A DNA stretch of 13,825 bases from Sandaracinaceae bacterium (GCA_044220955.1 JBGAQA010000139.1:1-13825); one strand, 5' to 3'; positions 1-10,895 are shown, counted from the stretch's first letter. Made by a program: numbers and translations. The notes: generated by a model not told the origin, from the sequence alone.

Positions 1-99
1 AAGGTCGCGCGCTAGTTTCCCCCGCGGGCCGGCGCACGATCTCCCACCCATTTGCCGAGCCCTCCGATCCGGGGGCTCGGCTCCTCCGTAGCTCCTCCG

Positions 100-795
<696 letters not shown>

Positions 796-801
796 CTCAT
801 C

Positions 802-945
802 GGCGACAGCCTGCTCGAGGCGGTGCGCGAGGCGGTGGCGGGCGGGGTGCCGCTGGAGATCGCGTTGGCGACGTGTACACGGAACGTACGTCACCTCTTC
901 CGCCTCGACACCTCCGCGGACTTCCTGGTGCTCGACGAGCGGCTT
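802..945 (+). pseudogene. Fragment of an amidohydrolase-superfamily C-terminus (isoaspartyl dipeptidase IadA-like)
   Basis: GDSLLEAVREAVAGGVPLEIALATCTRNVRHLFRL-DT-SADFLVLDERL fits the IadA-type pattern (LLE.V...V....P...AL...T.N.A..L.L ... DADL.V). The usual KGxIxxG segment before DAD is missing. Compared from memory, not by search. Confidence 0.55.
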
Positions 946-1095
946 GCCAAAGGTCTTGCGCTTCAGGGCGTACTTGACGGACTCCTCCAGGCACACGCGC
1001 GCGAAGCGGCTGGCCTGCACCGCCAGCGCCCAGCGCTCGTGGTTGAAGTTGTACATGATCATCTTGAATCCCTCGTTCTCCTTGCCGATGAGGTT
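925..1095 (-). pseudogene. Internal fragment (57 aa) of an acyl-CoA dehydrogenase
   Basis: My minus-strand translation is NLIGKENEGFKMIMYNFNHERWALAVQASRFARVCLEESVKYALKRKTFGKPLVEHQ. It has the ACAD motifs N-L-I-G-x-E-x-x-G-F, ER, and YAxxRxxFGKPL. It is absent from the ORF track because this frame runs off the window without a stop. Confidence 0.85.
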
Positions 1096-1182
1096 GCAGT
1101 GGTCCCGCACCGCCGGGCAGAAGCGCTGCCAGAACTCGTGCTCCACGTGTTTGAGGGTGTCGATGCGGAAGCCGTCGAGGTC
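1075..1182 (-). pseudogene. Fragment of a GH13 alpha-amylase-family catalytic domain (conserved region II)
   Basis: Minus-strand translation is DLDGFRIDTLKHVEHEFWQRFCPAVRDHC(NLIGKEN). DGFRID-x-x-KH is the GH13 catalytic-nucleophile motif. Confidence 0.85.
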
Positions 1183-1662
1183 GAGGTCCACCGCGCTGAT
1201 GACCTGCTCCCGCTTCTCCGGGGCGGGGCGCGGCTCGTTCGGCGCCCGGGTCGAGGTCGCGGCGGCCACCGGCGGAGCGCCGCCCGGGCCCTCGACGATC
1301 TTCGCGATCAGGTCGCGCGGGATGTTCGCCACGCGCGTCGCGCCGTCGTCGTCGTCGAGGTCGAAGGGATCGTGCGTCCCCGGCGGAGGCGGGGTGGTCG
1401 GCGTCGGCGGCTTGGGCGGCGGCGGCGCCACGGGCGGAGCCGGGCGGCCCGCGCGCATCTTCGCGATCTCGGAGGCGTCGGGAGGTTGGTAGAGGGCACG
1501 CGCCGGCGCGGGTGGAGGCTTGGGCGGGGCCTGCGGCGTCTGCGGCATCGGCCCCGACTGGGCCACGGCTCCGCTCTCGACGTCGCGCTCCCAGTCGTCG
1601 AGCGCGTCGTCCCAATCGAGATCGAAGTCGTCTTCGGCCTTCTTGTCGGTTTCGTCCGTCAC
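1171..1662 (-). CDS. N-terminal ~164 aa of an acidic/Pro-rich low-complexity protein, broken off at the mosaic junction
   Basis: GTG start at 1662, 15 nt after the stop of the TPR gene, preceded by GGGAAG. Reads MTDETDKKAEDDFDLDWDDALDDWERDVESG...PPKPPPAP...DPFDLDDDDGATRVANIPRDLI...VDLDLDG with normal GC3 bias. Not in the ORF track because there is no in-frame stop before the window edge. Confidence 0.7.
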
Positions 1663-1677
1663 GTGCTTCCCGAGACC

Positions 1678-4600
1678 TCAGCCCGCCGCCAGCCCGAGCT
1701 CGCGTCGCAGCGCCAGCGTCGAGCCCGCCACCCAGAAACGTGCCATCGACCGCGCGTCGAGGGCGCCGGCGGCGCCGCGCTCGAGCTGCGCGATCATCAT
1801 CGCCGGTGCCGGGTCGGCGCCGGCGATCGCGCCCGCCCGCGCGAGCGTGATCGTGAGGGCGCGCGCCCACGCGAGCAGCGGCCGGCCGCCGTCGCCGACG
1901 CGCGGGACGGCCTCGGCCACGGCGCGCCGCGCGCGACGACCGATGGCCTTGCCCAGCGTGCGCGATGCGTCGGCGAGGCCCGCGCGTCCCTCGCTCGCCG
2001 CGAGCGGCGCGCCGGCCGCGACGCACGTGGCGTAGAGCTGCGTCGCGACCTCGTCGCTGCCGCCGGAGAGAACGCGCAGCGCCAGAGGACCGACGCCCAG
2101 CCGTAGGCCGGCCGCGAGCGCGCCGATGCGGAAGCGCCGGTCCGCGGGCGCGAGCGCGGACGCGTTCGCTCCGAGGATCCACGCCGGCTTGCCCTTGTAC
2201 GACGGGATCACCGTCACGAGGTTCGGGTCGCGACCGCCGACCCAGACATCGCCCGCCGGCGCTCCGAGCTTGGCCGCGATCGCGAGCACCTCGTCGACGG
2301 CGGGTGTCCCCGGCTTCGCCAGATCGTTGCGCCCGAGCCCGAAGCTGCTGGGCTCGAGGCGGTCGACCTCCGTGAGGGTCTCGACCGCGCCCAGCACGAT
2401 CTCCCCCAGGGCGCCCGTGGCGGCCGGTGCGAGCGGCTCGGGCATCAGCGAGGCGAACCCGGCGTCACCGAGCACGGGCGTCGGCGACGGTGCGCGAACG
2501 ATCTCCGTGTCGTCCAGCGCGGCGCTCTCGTCCGGGCTCGACAGGCCGGTGGCCACGAGGACGCGGGCGACCGCGTTCGAGAGGGCGCGATCCCCGCGCG
2601 CGTCGGCGACCGAGGCGAGCGCCCGGAGCGCGGCTGCGTCGAGCGGCTCCTTCTCCAGCTGCGCCCGGAACGCGACCTCCGGCATCTCCGTGAGCAGGCG
2701 CCGCTCGCTCGCCTCCGAGATCAGCGCGCTGGCGGCGCGGAGGCTCTCGAGGTCGGTCGGCTGCGCGCGGATCGCGCGACGATACGCGGCGAGCGCGTGC
2801 TCGCGACGCCCGCGCGCCTGCATCTCGAGCTTGGCGAGGCGGCGCTCGACCCCGGCCTTCTTCAGCGGATCGCGCTCCACCTCGGCGCCACGCTCGAGCG
2901 CGTCGGAGGCGCGATCGAGATCTCCGAGGCGCTCGGCGAGGGTCGCGACCCGCTCGTAGAGCGCTCGGTCGGCGAGGCCCAGCTCCTCGATCTGCCGCAG
3001 CTCGGCGAGGGCACCGCGCGCGTCGTCGAGCTTCTTGTCGAGGAAGTCCGCGGCCCCGAGGCGCGCGATGCGCCGCTGACTCGCCGGAACGCCCTCGGCA
3101 GTCGCGATCTGGCGCAGGGCGTCGACGGCCTCCGCGAACTGCTCGCGCTGGACGTGGAGCTCGACCAGGAGCGCGAGGCCGCCCAGGTGCTCGCTCTCGA
3201 GCAGGAGCAGGTTCTCGAGCGCCGCGAAGGCGCCCTCGTAGTCCCCGAGCGAGCGATGCAGCCGTGCCTGCTCGTAGAACAGCGGCGCGAGGTCGACCGG
3301 ATCGTCGGTCACCTCGATGCGCGCACTGACGAGCGCGAGCAGGCCCGCTTCGTCGCCGCGATCGGCGAGCACGTCGTGCAGACGTGCGTACGCGATGGGC
3401 CGGGCCGGATCGAGCGCCAGGGCCTGGCGCAAGCGAGGCTCCGCCGCCTCGTCCTCTTCGAGGTGGTCCATGAGGACGGCGGAGGCCTCCTCGAGGAGCT
3501 GCGCGCGCAGCTCGCCCTCGGTCGCGTCCGCGAGGCGATCGCACGCGCGCGCCACGTCCTGCCACGCCCCCTCGTCGCGCGCGGCCATCCGGAGCATCTC
3601 GGCGGAGGCGAGATCGGCCGGCTCGCGCTCGAAGATCGTCCGCAACACGGGCAGGGCTTCCTCGCTGCGGCCCGCGAGCGCGAGCAGCCGCGCCGCGCCC
3701 GCCTCGATCGACGAGCGCACGGCTCCGCTCGTGTGGGGCGCCCAGAGCGCGAGCGCGCTGGCCCGCTCTCCGACGTCGTCTTCGTCGCCGAGCGCCTCGA
3801 CGGCGGCGAGCGCCGCGACGAGCGAGCCCGGAGCGCGCTCGGCGATGTCGGCCGCGCGCAGGACGGCGTCGCTGTCCGCGCTGCCCGAGAGCAGCTCGAT
3901 GCGGCTCGCCTGCAGGAGCAGCTCCGCCGCCACCTCGGGGACCTCGCCCATCGCGACCGCGAGGGCCTCGACGGCGCGCGCGCGATCGGCGAGCTTGGCC
4001 GGATCGCCCGCGGTGAGCTTGGTCGCGGCCAGGCGGGCGACGAGGTCGCTCGTGTCGCTGCCCTCCGGCTCGAGCAGCGACGCGACGCGCGCGCCGAGGG
4101 CGACGTCGCGCGCCGCGATCGCCTCGCCGAGCAGCTCGTGCCCGAAGGCCTCGCGCGTCTCGCCCATCGAGATCGCGAAGAGCGTGCTGAGCGCGTCGAC
4201 GCGCGCGGTCCGGGCCTCCGCGGGCGCGCCGGAGGACGCGACCAGGGCCAGGTCGAGGGCCGCCGCGGCGCGCGTCTCCTTGGACTCCATCGCCGCGAGC
4301 AGGGGCGGAACCGCCTCGCCCACGTGGCCGGCGCCGAGGTGGTGCTCGCCGAGCTCGAGGCTGAACCGGCCCGCCGACCCGCTGGCACGCTCGTGCTCCG
4401 CGAGGGAGGTCAGCGCGCGCGCCTCGAGCGCGGCGTCGCCGCGCCGCTCGGCGAGCGCGCGCAGCGCGAGCAGAGGCGCGATGGCCCGGCCGTCGCGCGA
4501 GAGCGCGTCTTCGTACGTCTTGGCCGCGAGGTCGAGATCGCCGGCGCTCTCGGCGGCCGCGCCGGCGACGAGGAGCTGCGCCTCGCGCGCACGACCCGTC

Positions 4601-6495
4601 TGATCGGCCTCGGCCGCCTCGCGCAGGATGCGCACGACCGCGTCCGCGTCGCCCTTGCGGCGGTAGATCTCCTCGAGGAGAGCCACCGCGTACCGGTGGC
4701 CGGGCGCACGCTCGAGCGCCTTCTTGAGCGCCGCCGTCGCGTCGTCGTGCCGGGCCTCGCGAGCCAGCGCGCGGCCCGCCGCCACGAGGTGCGCCGCGGC
4801 GGTGTCGCCGTCGGCAGAGGCGTCCGCGAGCGCGAGGTGCGCCCGCGCGAGGCGGTCGTGATCGCCGTCCCCCGCCGCGAGCAGGCGCAGCGCCGTGACC
4901 GCCCACGCGGCCCCGTCGGCGACGGCCGCGTCGAGCGCGGCCTTCGAGTCCTCGATGCTCCCGCCCGCCGCGACCAGCCCGGCGTAGCGCGCGTGGTGCA
5001 GCGCGGCGCGCTCCTCGGCGTCGTCGGTGACCGCCAGCAGGCGCGTGATCGCGTCGCGCGTGGTCGGCCCGTGGCCGAGCACGAGCCCGACCGCCAGCAG
5101 CTCACGCAGGATCGGCGCGGGCTCCTTCGCCGACTCGGCGGCGCGCACGAGGAGCGCGGCGGCGCGGGGCGCGTCGCCCCCCACGTTCGCCGCGAACGAA
5201 GCCGCGCGCGCGAGCAGCGCCGCACGCGCCTCCGGATCGGCGCCCTCGGCGTCGGCCTCGAGCCGCGCGATCACGGGATCGATCTCGCCGAGGGCGAGCG
5301 AGAGATCCTCATGCATCGCGCGCAACACCGCCGACCTCGGCTCGGCCGCGAGCGCTCGGTCGAGGGCGCTGCGGGCGGCCGTCACGTCGCCGCTCGTCTG
5401 GGCGGCCTCGGCCTCGCGCAGCAGGAACGACGCCACCACGGGGTCGGGCCCGACGATCGCCTGCAGAGCGAGGGCGTCGGACGCAGAGGCCGCGAGATCG
5501 GAGGCCGACTCCGCGGCCAGCATGTGCGCGCGTCGCAGGGCCGGGTCGTCGGGGGCGAGGGCCAGAGCGCGCTCGATGGTGGCGCGGGCGCCCTCGGCGT
5601 CGCCGAGACGATCGAGCCGGACCCGCCCCGCCTCGAGGAGCGCCGCGAGCGCGTCGGGCGAGGCGGAGCCCTCGAGGAGCGCGCGCGCCTCGAGAGCCGC
5701 GACGAGCTCGGGCGCGCGCCCGTGCTTGCGCGCGAGCTCCTCGAGCGCGCGGAGCGCGCGGGGCCGCTCGTCGCTCGCGACGCGCACGGCCTCGCGGAGC
5801 GTCTCGATCGCGCCGTCGCCGTCGCCGTCGCGATCACGCTCGCGCGCGAGCTCGATCATCAAGAGCGTCTTCAGCGCGGGGGTCTTCGTCCGCGTCGCGA
5901 TGCCTTCGAGCGCCGCGCGCGCCGCGGCGGCGTCCCCCGCGCCGCGCGCGCGCCGCTCCAGCATCAGCGCGGCGGTGATCCCGTCGGGGTCGTCGGCGGC
6001 GGCCTGCTCGAAGAGAGGCCCCGCCGCCTCGCTCTGGCCGAGGTGGTCCTCGAGCAAGCTCGCCCGGTCCACCAGCGCCGAGCTCTTCTCGGCCGGCGTG
6101 GTCGCGCTCTTCAGCTCGGCCTCGTAGAGCCGCGCCAGGTTCTTGAACGAGCGCCGGCGCTCGAACATGCGGACCAGCTCGAAGAGCGGCGGCCGGAACG
6201 AGGGATCGAGGTTGTAGGCGCCGAGGTACTCGCGGACCGCCGCGGCCTCCCCGCCTCCGCCGTCCTCGATCGTGCGGCCGACCTCGTAGGCGAGCATCGC
6301 ATGCCGGGTGCGATCGCCCCCGCTCGCCTCCATCTCGGCCCGCAGAGCCGCGACCTTGGCCGCGTCGACCCGGGAGCCGTCCGGAACGCTCGTCTCGGTC
6401 GGCCTCGGCCCCGCGCCGGACCCCTCGCCGGGAGGCAGGGGCGGGCGGGGGCCGGCGGGAGATCCTGAATCGCTTCGCGGGGGCGTGCTCGTCAT
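1678..6495 (-). CDS. Large (1605 aa) TPR/alpha-solenoid protein of myxobacterial type
   Basis: Strong GC3 codon bias and a Pro-rich N-terminus. Many TPR-like helix pairs (e.g. EGARATIERALALAPDDP, ATAALKKALERAPGHRYA, ALAAYRRAIRAQPTDLESL), then a distinct ~300-aa C-terminal domain. No signal peptide seen. Confidence 0.9.
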   Translation of the reverse strand: MTSTPPRSDSGSPAGPRPPLPPGEGSGAGPRPTETSVPDGSRVDAAKVAALRAEMEASGGDRTRHAMLAYEVGRTIEDGGGGEAAAVREYLGAYNLDPSFRPPLFELVRMFERRRSFKNLARLYEAELKSATTPAEKSSALVDRASLLEDHLGQSEAAGPLFEQAAADDPDGITAALMLERRARGAGDAAAARAALEGIATRTKTPALKTLLMIELARERDRDGDGDGAIETLREAVRVASDERPRALRALEELARKHGRAPELVAALEARALLEGSASPDALAALLEAGRVRLDRLGDAEGARATIERALALAPDDPALRRAHMLAAESASDLAASASDALALQAIVGPDPVVASFLLREAEAAQTSGDVTAARSALDRALAAEPRSAVLRAMHEDLSLALGEIDPVIARLEADAEGADPEARAALLARAASFAANVGGDAPRAAALLVRAAESAKEPAPILRELLAVGLVLGHGPTTRDAITRLLAVTDDAEERAALHHARYAGLVAAGGSIEDSKAALDAAVADGAAWAVTALRLLAAGDGDHDRLARAHLALADASADGDTAAAHLVAAGRALAREARHDDATAALKKALERAPGHRYAVALLEEIYRRKGDADAVVRILREAAEADQTGRAREAQLLVAGAAAESAGDLDLAAKTYEDALSRDGRAIAPLLALRALAERRGDAALEARALTSLAEHERASGSAGRFSLELGEHHLGAGHVGEAVPPLLAAMESKETRAAAALDLALVASSGAPAEARTARVDALSTLFAISMGETREAFGHELLGEAIAARDVALGARVASLLEPEGSDTSDLVARLAATKLTAGDPAKLADRARAVEALAVAMGEVPEVAAELLLQASRIELLSGSADSDAVLRAADIAERAPGSLVAALAAVEALGDEDDVGERASALALWAPHTSGAVRSSIEAGAARLLALAGRSEEALPVLRTIFEREPADLASAEMLRMAARDEGAWQDVARACDRLADATEGELRAQLLEEASAVLMDHLEEDEAAEPRLRQALALDPARPIAYARLHDVLADRGDEAGLLALVSARIEVTDDPVDLAPLFYEQARLHRSLGDYEGAFAALENLLLLESEHLGGLALLVELHVQREQFAEAVDALRQIATAEGVPASQRRIARLGAADFLDKKLDDARGALAELRQIEELGLADRALYERVATLAERLGDLDRASDALERGAEVERDPLKKAGVERRLAKLEMQARGRREHALAAYRRAIRAQPTDLESLRAASALISEASERRLLTEMPEVAFRAQLEKEPLDAAALRALASVADARGDRALSNAVARVLVATGLSSPDESAALDDTEIVRAPSPTPVLGDAGFASLMPEPLAPAATGALGEIVLGAVETLTEVDRLEPSSFGLGRNDLAKPGTPAVDEVLAIAAKLGAPAGDVWVGGRDPNLVTVIPSYKGKPAWILGANASALAPADRRFRIGALAAGLRLGVGPLALRVLSGGSDEVATQLYATCVAAGAPLAASEGRAGLADASRTLGKAIGRRARRAVAEAVPRVGDGGRPLLAWARALTITLARAGAIAGADPAPAMMIAQLERGAAGALDARSMARFWVAGSTLALRRELGLAAG

Positions 6496-6519
6496 CGAAC
6501 CGTTCGATCCGGAGGCCGG

Positions 6520-6548
6520 ACTATACCGAGGTCACGGGGAAGATTGAA
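6520..6548 (-). promoter_or_regulatory. Putative sigma70-type promoter for the TPR gene
   Basis: Minus strand TTCAAT-N17-TATAGT, ending 24 nt upstream of the ATG at 6495, in an AT-richer intergenic gap. Confidence 0.45.
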
Positions 6549-6573
6549 CCATCACGAGAGCTTCCGCGCCGCC

Positions 6574-7595
6574 TCACTCGAGCCCCAGCAGCGCCGCCGC
6601 GCGATCGCGCCGGGCCGCCAGCGGGTCCGGCTCGCCGGGGGGCACGGCACCGGCGAGGACGAGCGTCGACAGGCGCTCCCAGCGCAGGCGCGCCGTGTCG
6701 CGCAGGGCGTGCAGTTCCTGCGCGTGCCCGACGAGGGCCCCCTGCAGGCGCATGGCCTCGTCGCTCTGGCCAGCCGCCACGGCGGCCCGGTGCTCGTCCG
6801 TCAGATCGTGGCCGTGCCGTGCCTCCGCCTCGACCCAGCCGAGCGCCGTGTCGAGATCGGTGGCCGCGTGCCGCGCCCGCTCGGCCCAGCGCGCCGGCTC
6901 CAGGGGCGGTAGCGGCTCGAAGAGCACGATCGCCGCGGCCCTCGCCGCGTCGAGGCGCGCGGGCCCCTCGGTGGGCTCGTTCGCCGCGTCCCCGACGAGC
7001 ACGGCGTGGCCAGCGGCGACGTCGCCGAGCCGCGCGTGGTGGCGCGCGTCGGCGTCGCCGTTCCCGACGTGCGAGACCCCCGCCATCACCACGGTCCAGG
7101 TCGCACCGGAACGGTCGGCGACCAGCAGGACCTCGCCGGGCCCGATCAGCTCGACCGAGCTCTCGGGGGTCGCGACGCGTAGCGGCGCGCGCGGCCCCGC
7201 GGGCCCCGGCGGGACGCGCACGTGCGCGGTGCCCCGCGCGAGCTCGATGGCCGCCGCGCCCTGCTCTCCCACGCGTGCCTCGGAGGGGCCGAAGAGCGTG
7301 ACGCGATCTCCGGACGCGAGCTCCACCACCGCCTCCGCCCCGGGGTCGAGAACCAGGCGCTGCGCGCGCTCGAGCGATGCGCCCGCGGCGGCCGGCGCCG
7401 CGTCGAGCCGGACGGCCCCGGTGGTGCGCACGAGCGTCGCGGGCGCGCTGCCCGTGGCCTGCCCCACGGTCGTGCTGTGCGGGCTCGTGGCGCTGGTGCT
7501 CGGAGGCGGCTCGTGGGCCGTGGCGGGCGGCGGGGCGTCGTCGCCGCACGCCGCGAGCAGCACGGCGAGGGCAGCGGCGAGCGGAGCCCGGCGGA

Positions 7596-7599
<4 letters not shown>
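6574..7599 (-). CDS. Lipoprotein with FecR-like beta domain and helical C-terminus (341 aa)
   Basis: TTG start overlaps the upstream TGA (TTGA). MIRRAPLAAALAVLLAAC is a signal peptide with lipobox LAAC. After a Pro/Thr linker comes a FecR-like pattern (AVVELASGDRVTLFGPSEARV...IELARGTAHVRV...LRVATP). This is the C-terminal part of track ORF 6574..9066. Confidence 0.8.
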
Positions 7600-8915
<1,316 letters not shown>

Positions 8916-8925
8916 GTCGCGGGAC

Positions 8926-8955
8926 GGAGTAGCTGAAACACGGGCGAGAGGTCAA
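8926..8955 (-). promoter_or_regulatory. Possible sigma70-type promoter for the PP2C operon
   Basis: Minus strand TTGACC-N18-TACTCC, ending 10 nt before the ATG. The -35 is good and the -10 is weak. No clear RBS, so the transcript would be nearly leaderless. Confidence 0.3.
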
Positions 8956-9153
8956 CGCGCGGCGGACGGACCCTCGCCCTCGAGCGGGCGTGCGGCGCCA
9001 CGCGGCTCCGATCGCGGGTCCGACGCCGGTCTCGGGACAGGCGCTGGCCCGCTCACCCGCGCGCACAGCAGCGCACCGATCGGACGCTCCGCCGCTCGAC
9101 CCGAGGGCGGCCGTGGTATCGTTGCATCAGCAACCACGATGGAGGGCGGAGCC

Positions 9154-9525
9154 GTGAAGAAGCGCATCCTCGTGATCGAAGACGATCCCATCGGGCGGAC
9201 GCTCGTGCAGGACTACCTCGTCGCCCGCGGCTACTCGGTGATGGCCGCGACGAACGGCGCCGAGGGGCTCGAGCTCGCCCGCATGGTCCGGCCGGACCTC
9301 GTGCTCTGCGACGTGCTCCTGCCGAAGAAGAACGGGTTCGAGGTGTGCTTCGAGCTCAAGCGTCCCTCCAACGGGCCGCCGCTACCCGTCGTGCTGATGA
9401 GCGCGATCCTCGGCGGGCGTGACGAGCACCACTACGCCGAGAAGGAGCTGCGCGCGGACGCGATCCTCGTGAAGCCCTTCGCGATGAGCGCGATGCTCTC
9501 CAGCGTCGAGCAGCTCCTGGCCTGA
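9154..9525 (+). CDS. Single-domain response regulator (receiver only, 123 aa)
   Basis: GTG start after GGAGGG. Motifs ILVIEDD, PDLVLCDVLLP (phospho-Asp), LMSA and VKPF. An extended -10-like TGGTATCGT lies at 9114-9122. Confidence 0.92.
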   Translation: MKKRILVIEDDPIGRTLVQDYLVARGYSVMAATNGAEGLELARMVRPDLVLCDVLLPKKNGFEVCFELKRPSNGPPLPVVLMSAILGGRDEHHYAEKELRADAILVKPFAMSAMLSSVEQLLA

Positions 9526-9526
9526 C

Positions 9527-10861
9527 GTGGGCTGGTCCCGGCTCGCGCACGCCGTCGGGATCGACGAGGTCCCGACCGAGGATTTCCGCCCGAAGCTCCT
9601 CGGCGGCCTCGTCACCGGCTACGCCACGGCGCTCGTCTTGCTCGCGCTGGTCGGCTTCGCCGACTGGCTCGACGTCATCGCCAACACGAACTGGGCGTAC
9701 GCGCTCGTCGCGACCAAGCTCGTCACGAACACGCTGGCCGCGATCGCCTGGCGCACGCGCCGGCTCGTGACGCCGCTCTCGGCGCTCAACATCACCGCCG
9801 ACGTGCTCGTCATGACCGGGACGGTCTACTTCACCGGCGGCGTGATGTCGCCCCTGGTGGCGATCTACTTCGTCGAGGTCGCGGTGATGGCGCTGCTCAC
9901 CAACGTGGGCCTCACGCTCGTGACGACCGGCGGCTGCTTCGTCTTCTACGCCGCGATGGCGATCCTGACGGCTCGCGGCGTGCTGCCGCAGACGGCGCCG
10001 CTCGTCGCCGGGCCGGAGGCGATCCCGCCGGCGACGGTGGCGCTGATGATCCTCTTCGTCGGTATCGTCACGATCGGCCCGGCCGCGTACGTCGCGATCA
10101 TCGTCGACCGGCTGCGGCGCAACGAGCGCGCGCTCGCGCGGCGCGCCCAGGACCTCGTCGAGGCGAGCCGCGCCAAGAGCGAGTTCACGGCGAACATCAC
10201 GCACGAGCTACGGACGCCGCTGCACGGGATCCTCGGCCTCGGAGAGCTGCTCGGCGACGGGATCTACGGGCCGGTGACCGACAAGCAGCGCGAGGCGATC
10301 CACAACATCCGGCAGAGCGCGGGATCGCTGCTCGAGCTGATCGACTCGCTCCTGGTCCTCGCCCGCGCCGAGGCGCTGCGGCTCGAGGTGTCGCGAGGCC
10401 CGGTCGACCTGGGTGAGGTGATCCGCTCGGTCGTCGCGACGGGCAAGATGCTGGTGGGCCGCCGCGCGCTCGAGGTGCGCGCCGACATCCAGGGAGAGCT
10501 GCCGTGCGTCCACACGGATCGCCGCAAGCTCGTGCAGATCCTCGTGAACCTGCTCGCCAACGCGATCAAGTTCACGCCCGACGAGGGCCAGGTGAGCGTC
10601 GAGGCGCGCGTCGCGCCGCGCGGGGTGCTCATCGTGGTGAAGGACACGGGGCGCGGGATCCCGAAGGAAGCCCTGCCGCGCATCTTCGAGCCCTACTTCC
10701 AGGTGGACGGATCGCCCGTGCGCGAGCACGGTGGAGCGGGGATCGGGCTCTCGGTCGTGCGGACGCTCGCGGAGGCCCTGGAGATCGCGATCGACGTCGA
10801 GAGCGAGCCGGGACAGGGGTCCGCCTTCACCCTCCGCGTCCCGCTGTCCGCGGCGAGCTGA
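9527..10861 (+). CDS. Membrane sensor histidine kinase (about 6 TM helices, HisKA, HATPase_c)
   Basis: Six hydrophobic segments. H box ITHELRTPL, N box NLLANAIKFT, G1 DTGRGI, F box IFEPYFQ, G2 GAGIGL. Starts 1 nt after the regulator's stop. Confidence 0.93.
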   Translation: MGWSRLAHAVGIDEVPTEDFRPKLLGGLVTGYATALVLLALVGFADWLDVIANTNWAYALVATKLVTNTLAAIAWRTRRLVTPLSALNITADVLVMTGTVYFTGGVMSPLVAIYFVEVAVMALLTNVGLTLVTTGGCFVFYAAMAILTARGVLPQTAPLVAGPEAIPPATVALMILFVGIVTIGPAAYVAIIVDRLRRNERALARRAQDLVEASRAKSEFTANITHELRTPLHGILGLGELLGDGIYGPVTDKQREAIHNIRQSAGSLLELIDSLLVLARAEALRLEVSRGPVDLGEVIRSVVATGKMLVGRRALEVRADIQGELPCVHTDRRKLVQILVNLLANAIKFTPDEGQVSVEARVAPRGVLIVVKDTGRGIPKEALPRIFEPYFQVDGSPVREHGGAGIGLSVVRTLAEALEIAIDVESEPGQGSAFTLRVPLSAAS

Positions 10862-10879
10862 CGGGTCGACCCGGCTCGC

Positions 10880-10895
10880 CGGCCCGCGTCTTGCT
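10880..10895 (+). promoter_or_regulatory. Putative sigma54 (-24/-12) promoter upstream of the Cys-rich lipoprotein
   Basis: CGGCCCG-CGTC-TTGCT versus consensus TGGCACG-N4-TTGCW, with exact GG-N10-GC spacing. Confidence 0.4.

Noticed and set aside
1660..1680. Possible stop-codon readthrough fusing the TPR gene to the next in-frame gene
   Set aside because: Same frame has a 1-in-3 chance, and the downstream gene has its own RBS-like sequence and GTG start.
2797..6468. 1223-aa plus-strand ORF and other long ORFs overlapping the TPR gene
   Set aside because: Antisense or off-frame shadows expected in very GC-rich coding DNA, with no recognisable motifs.
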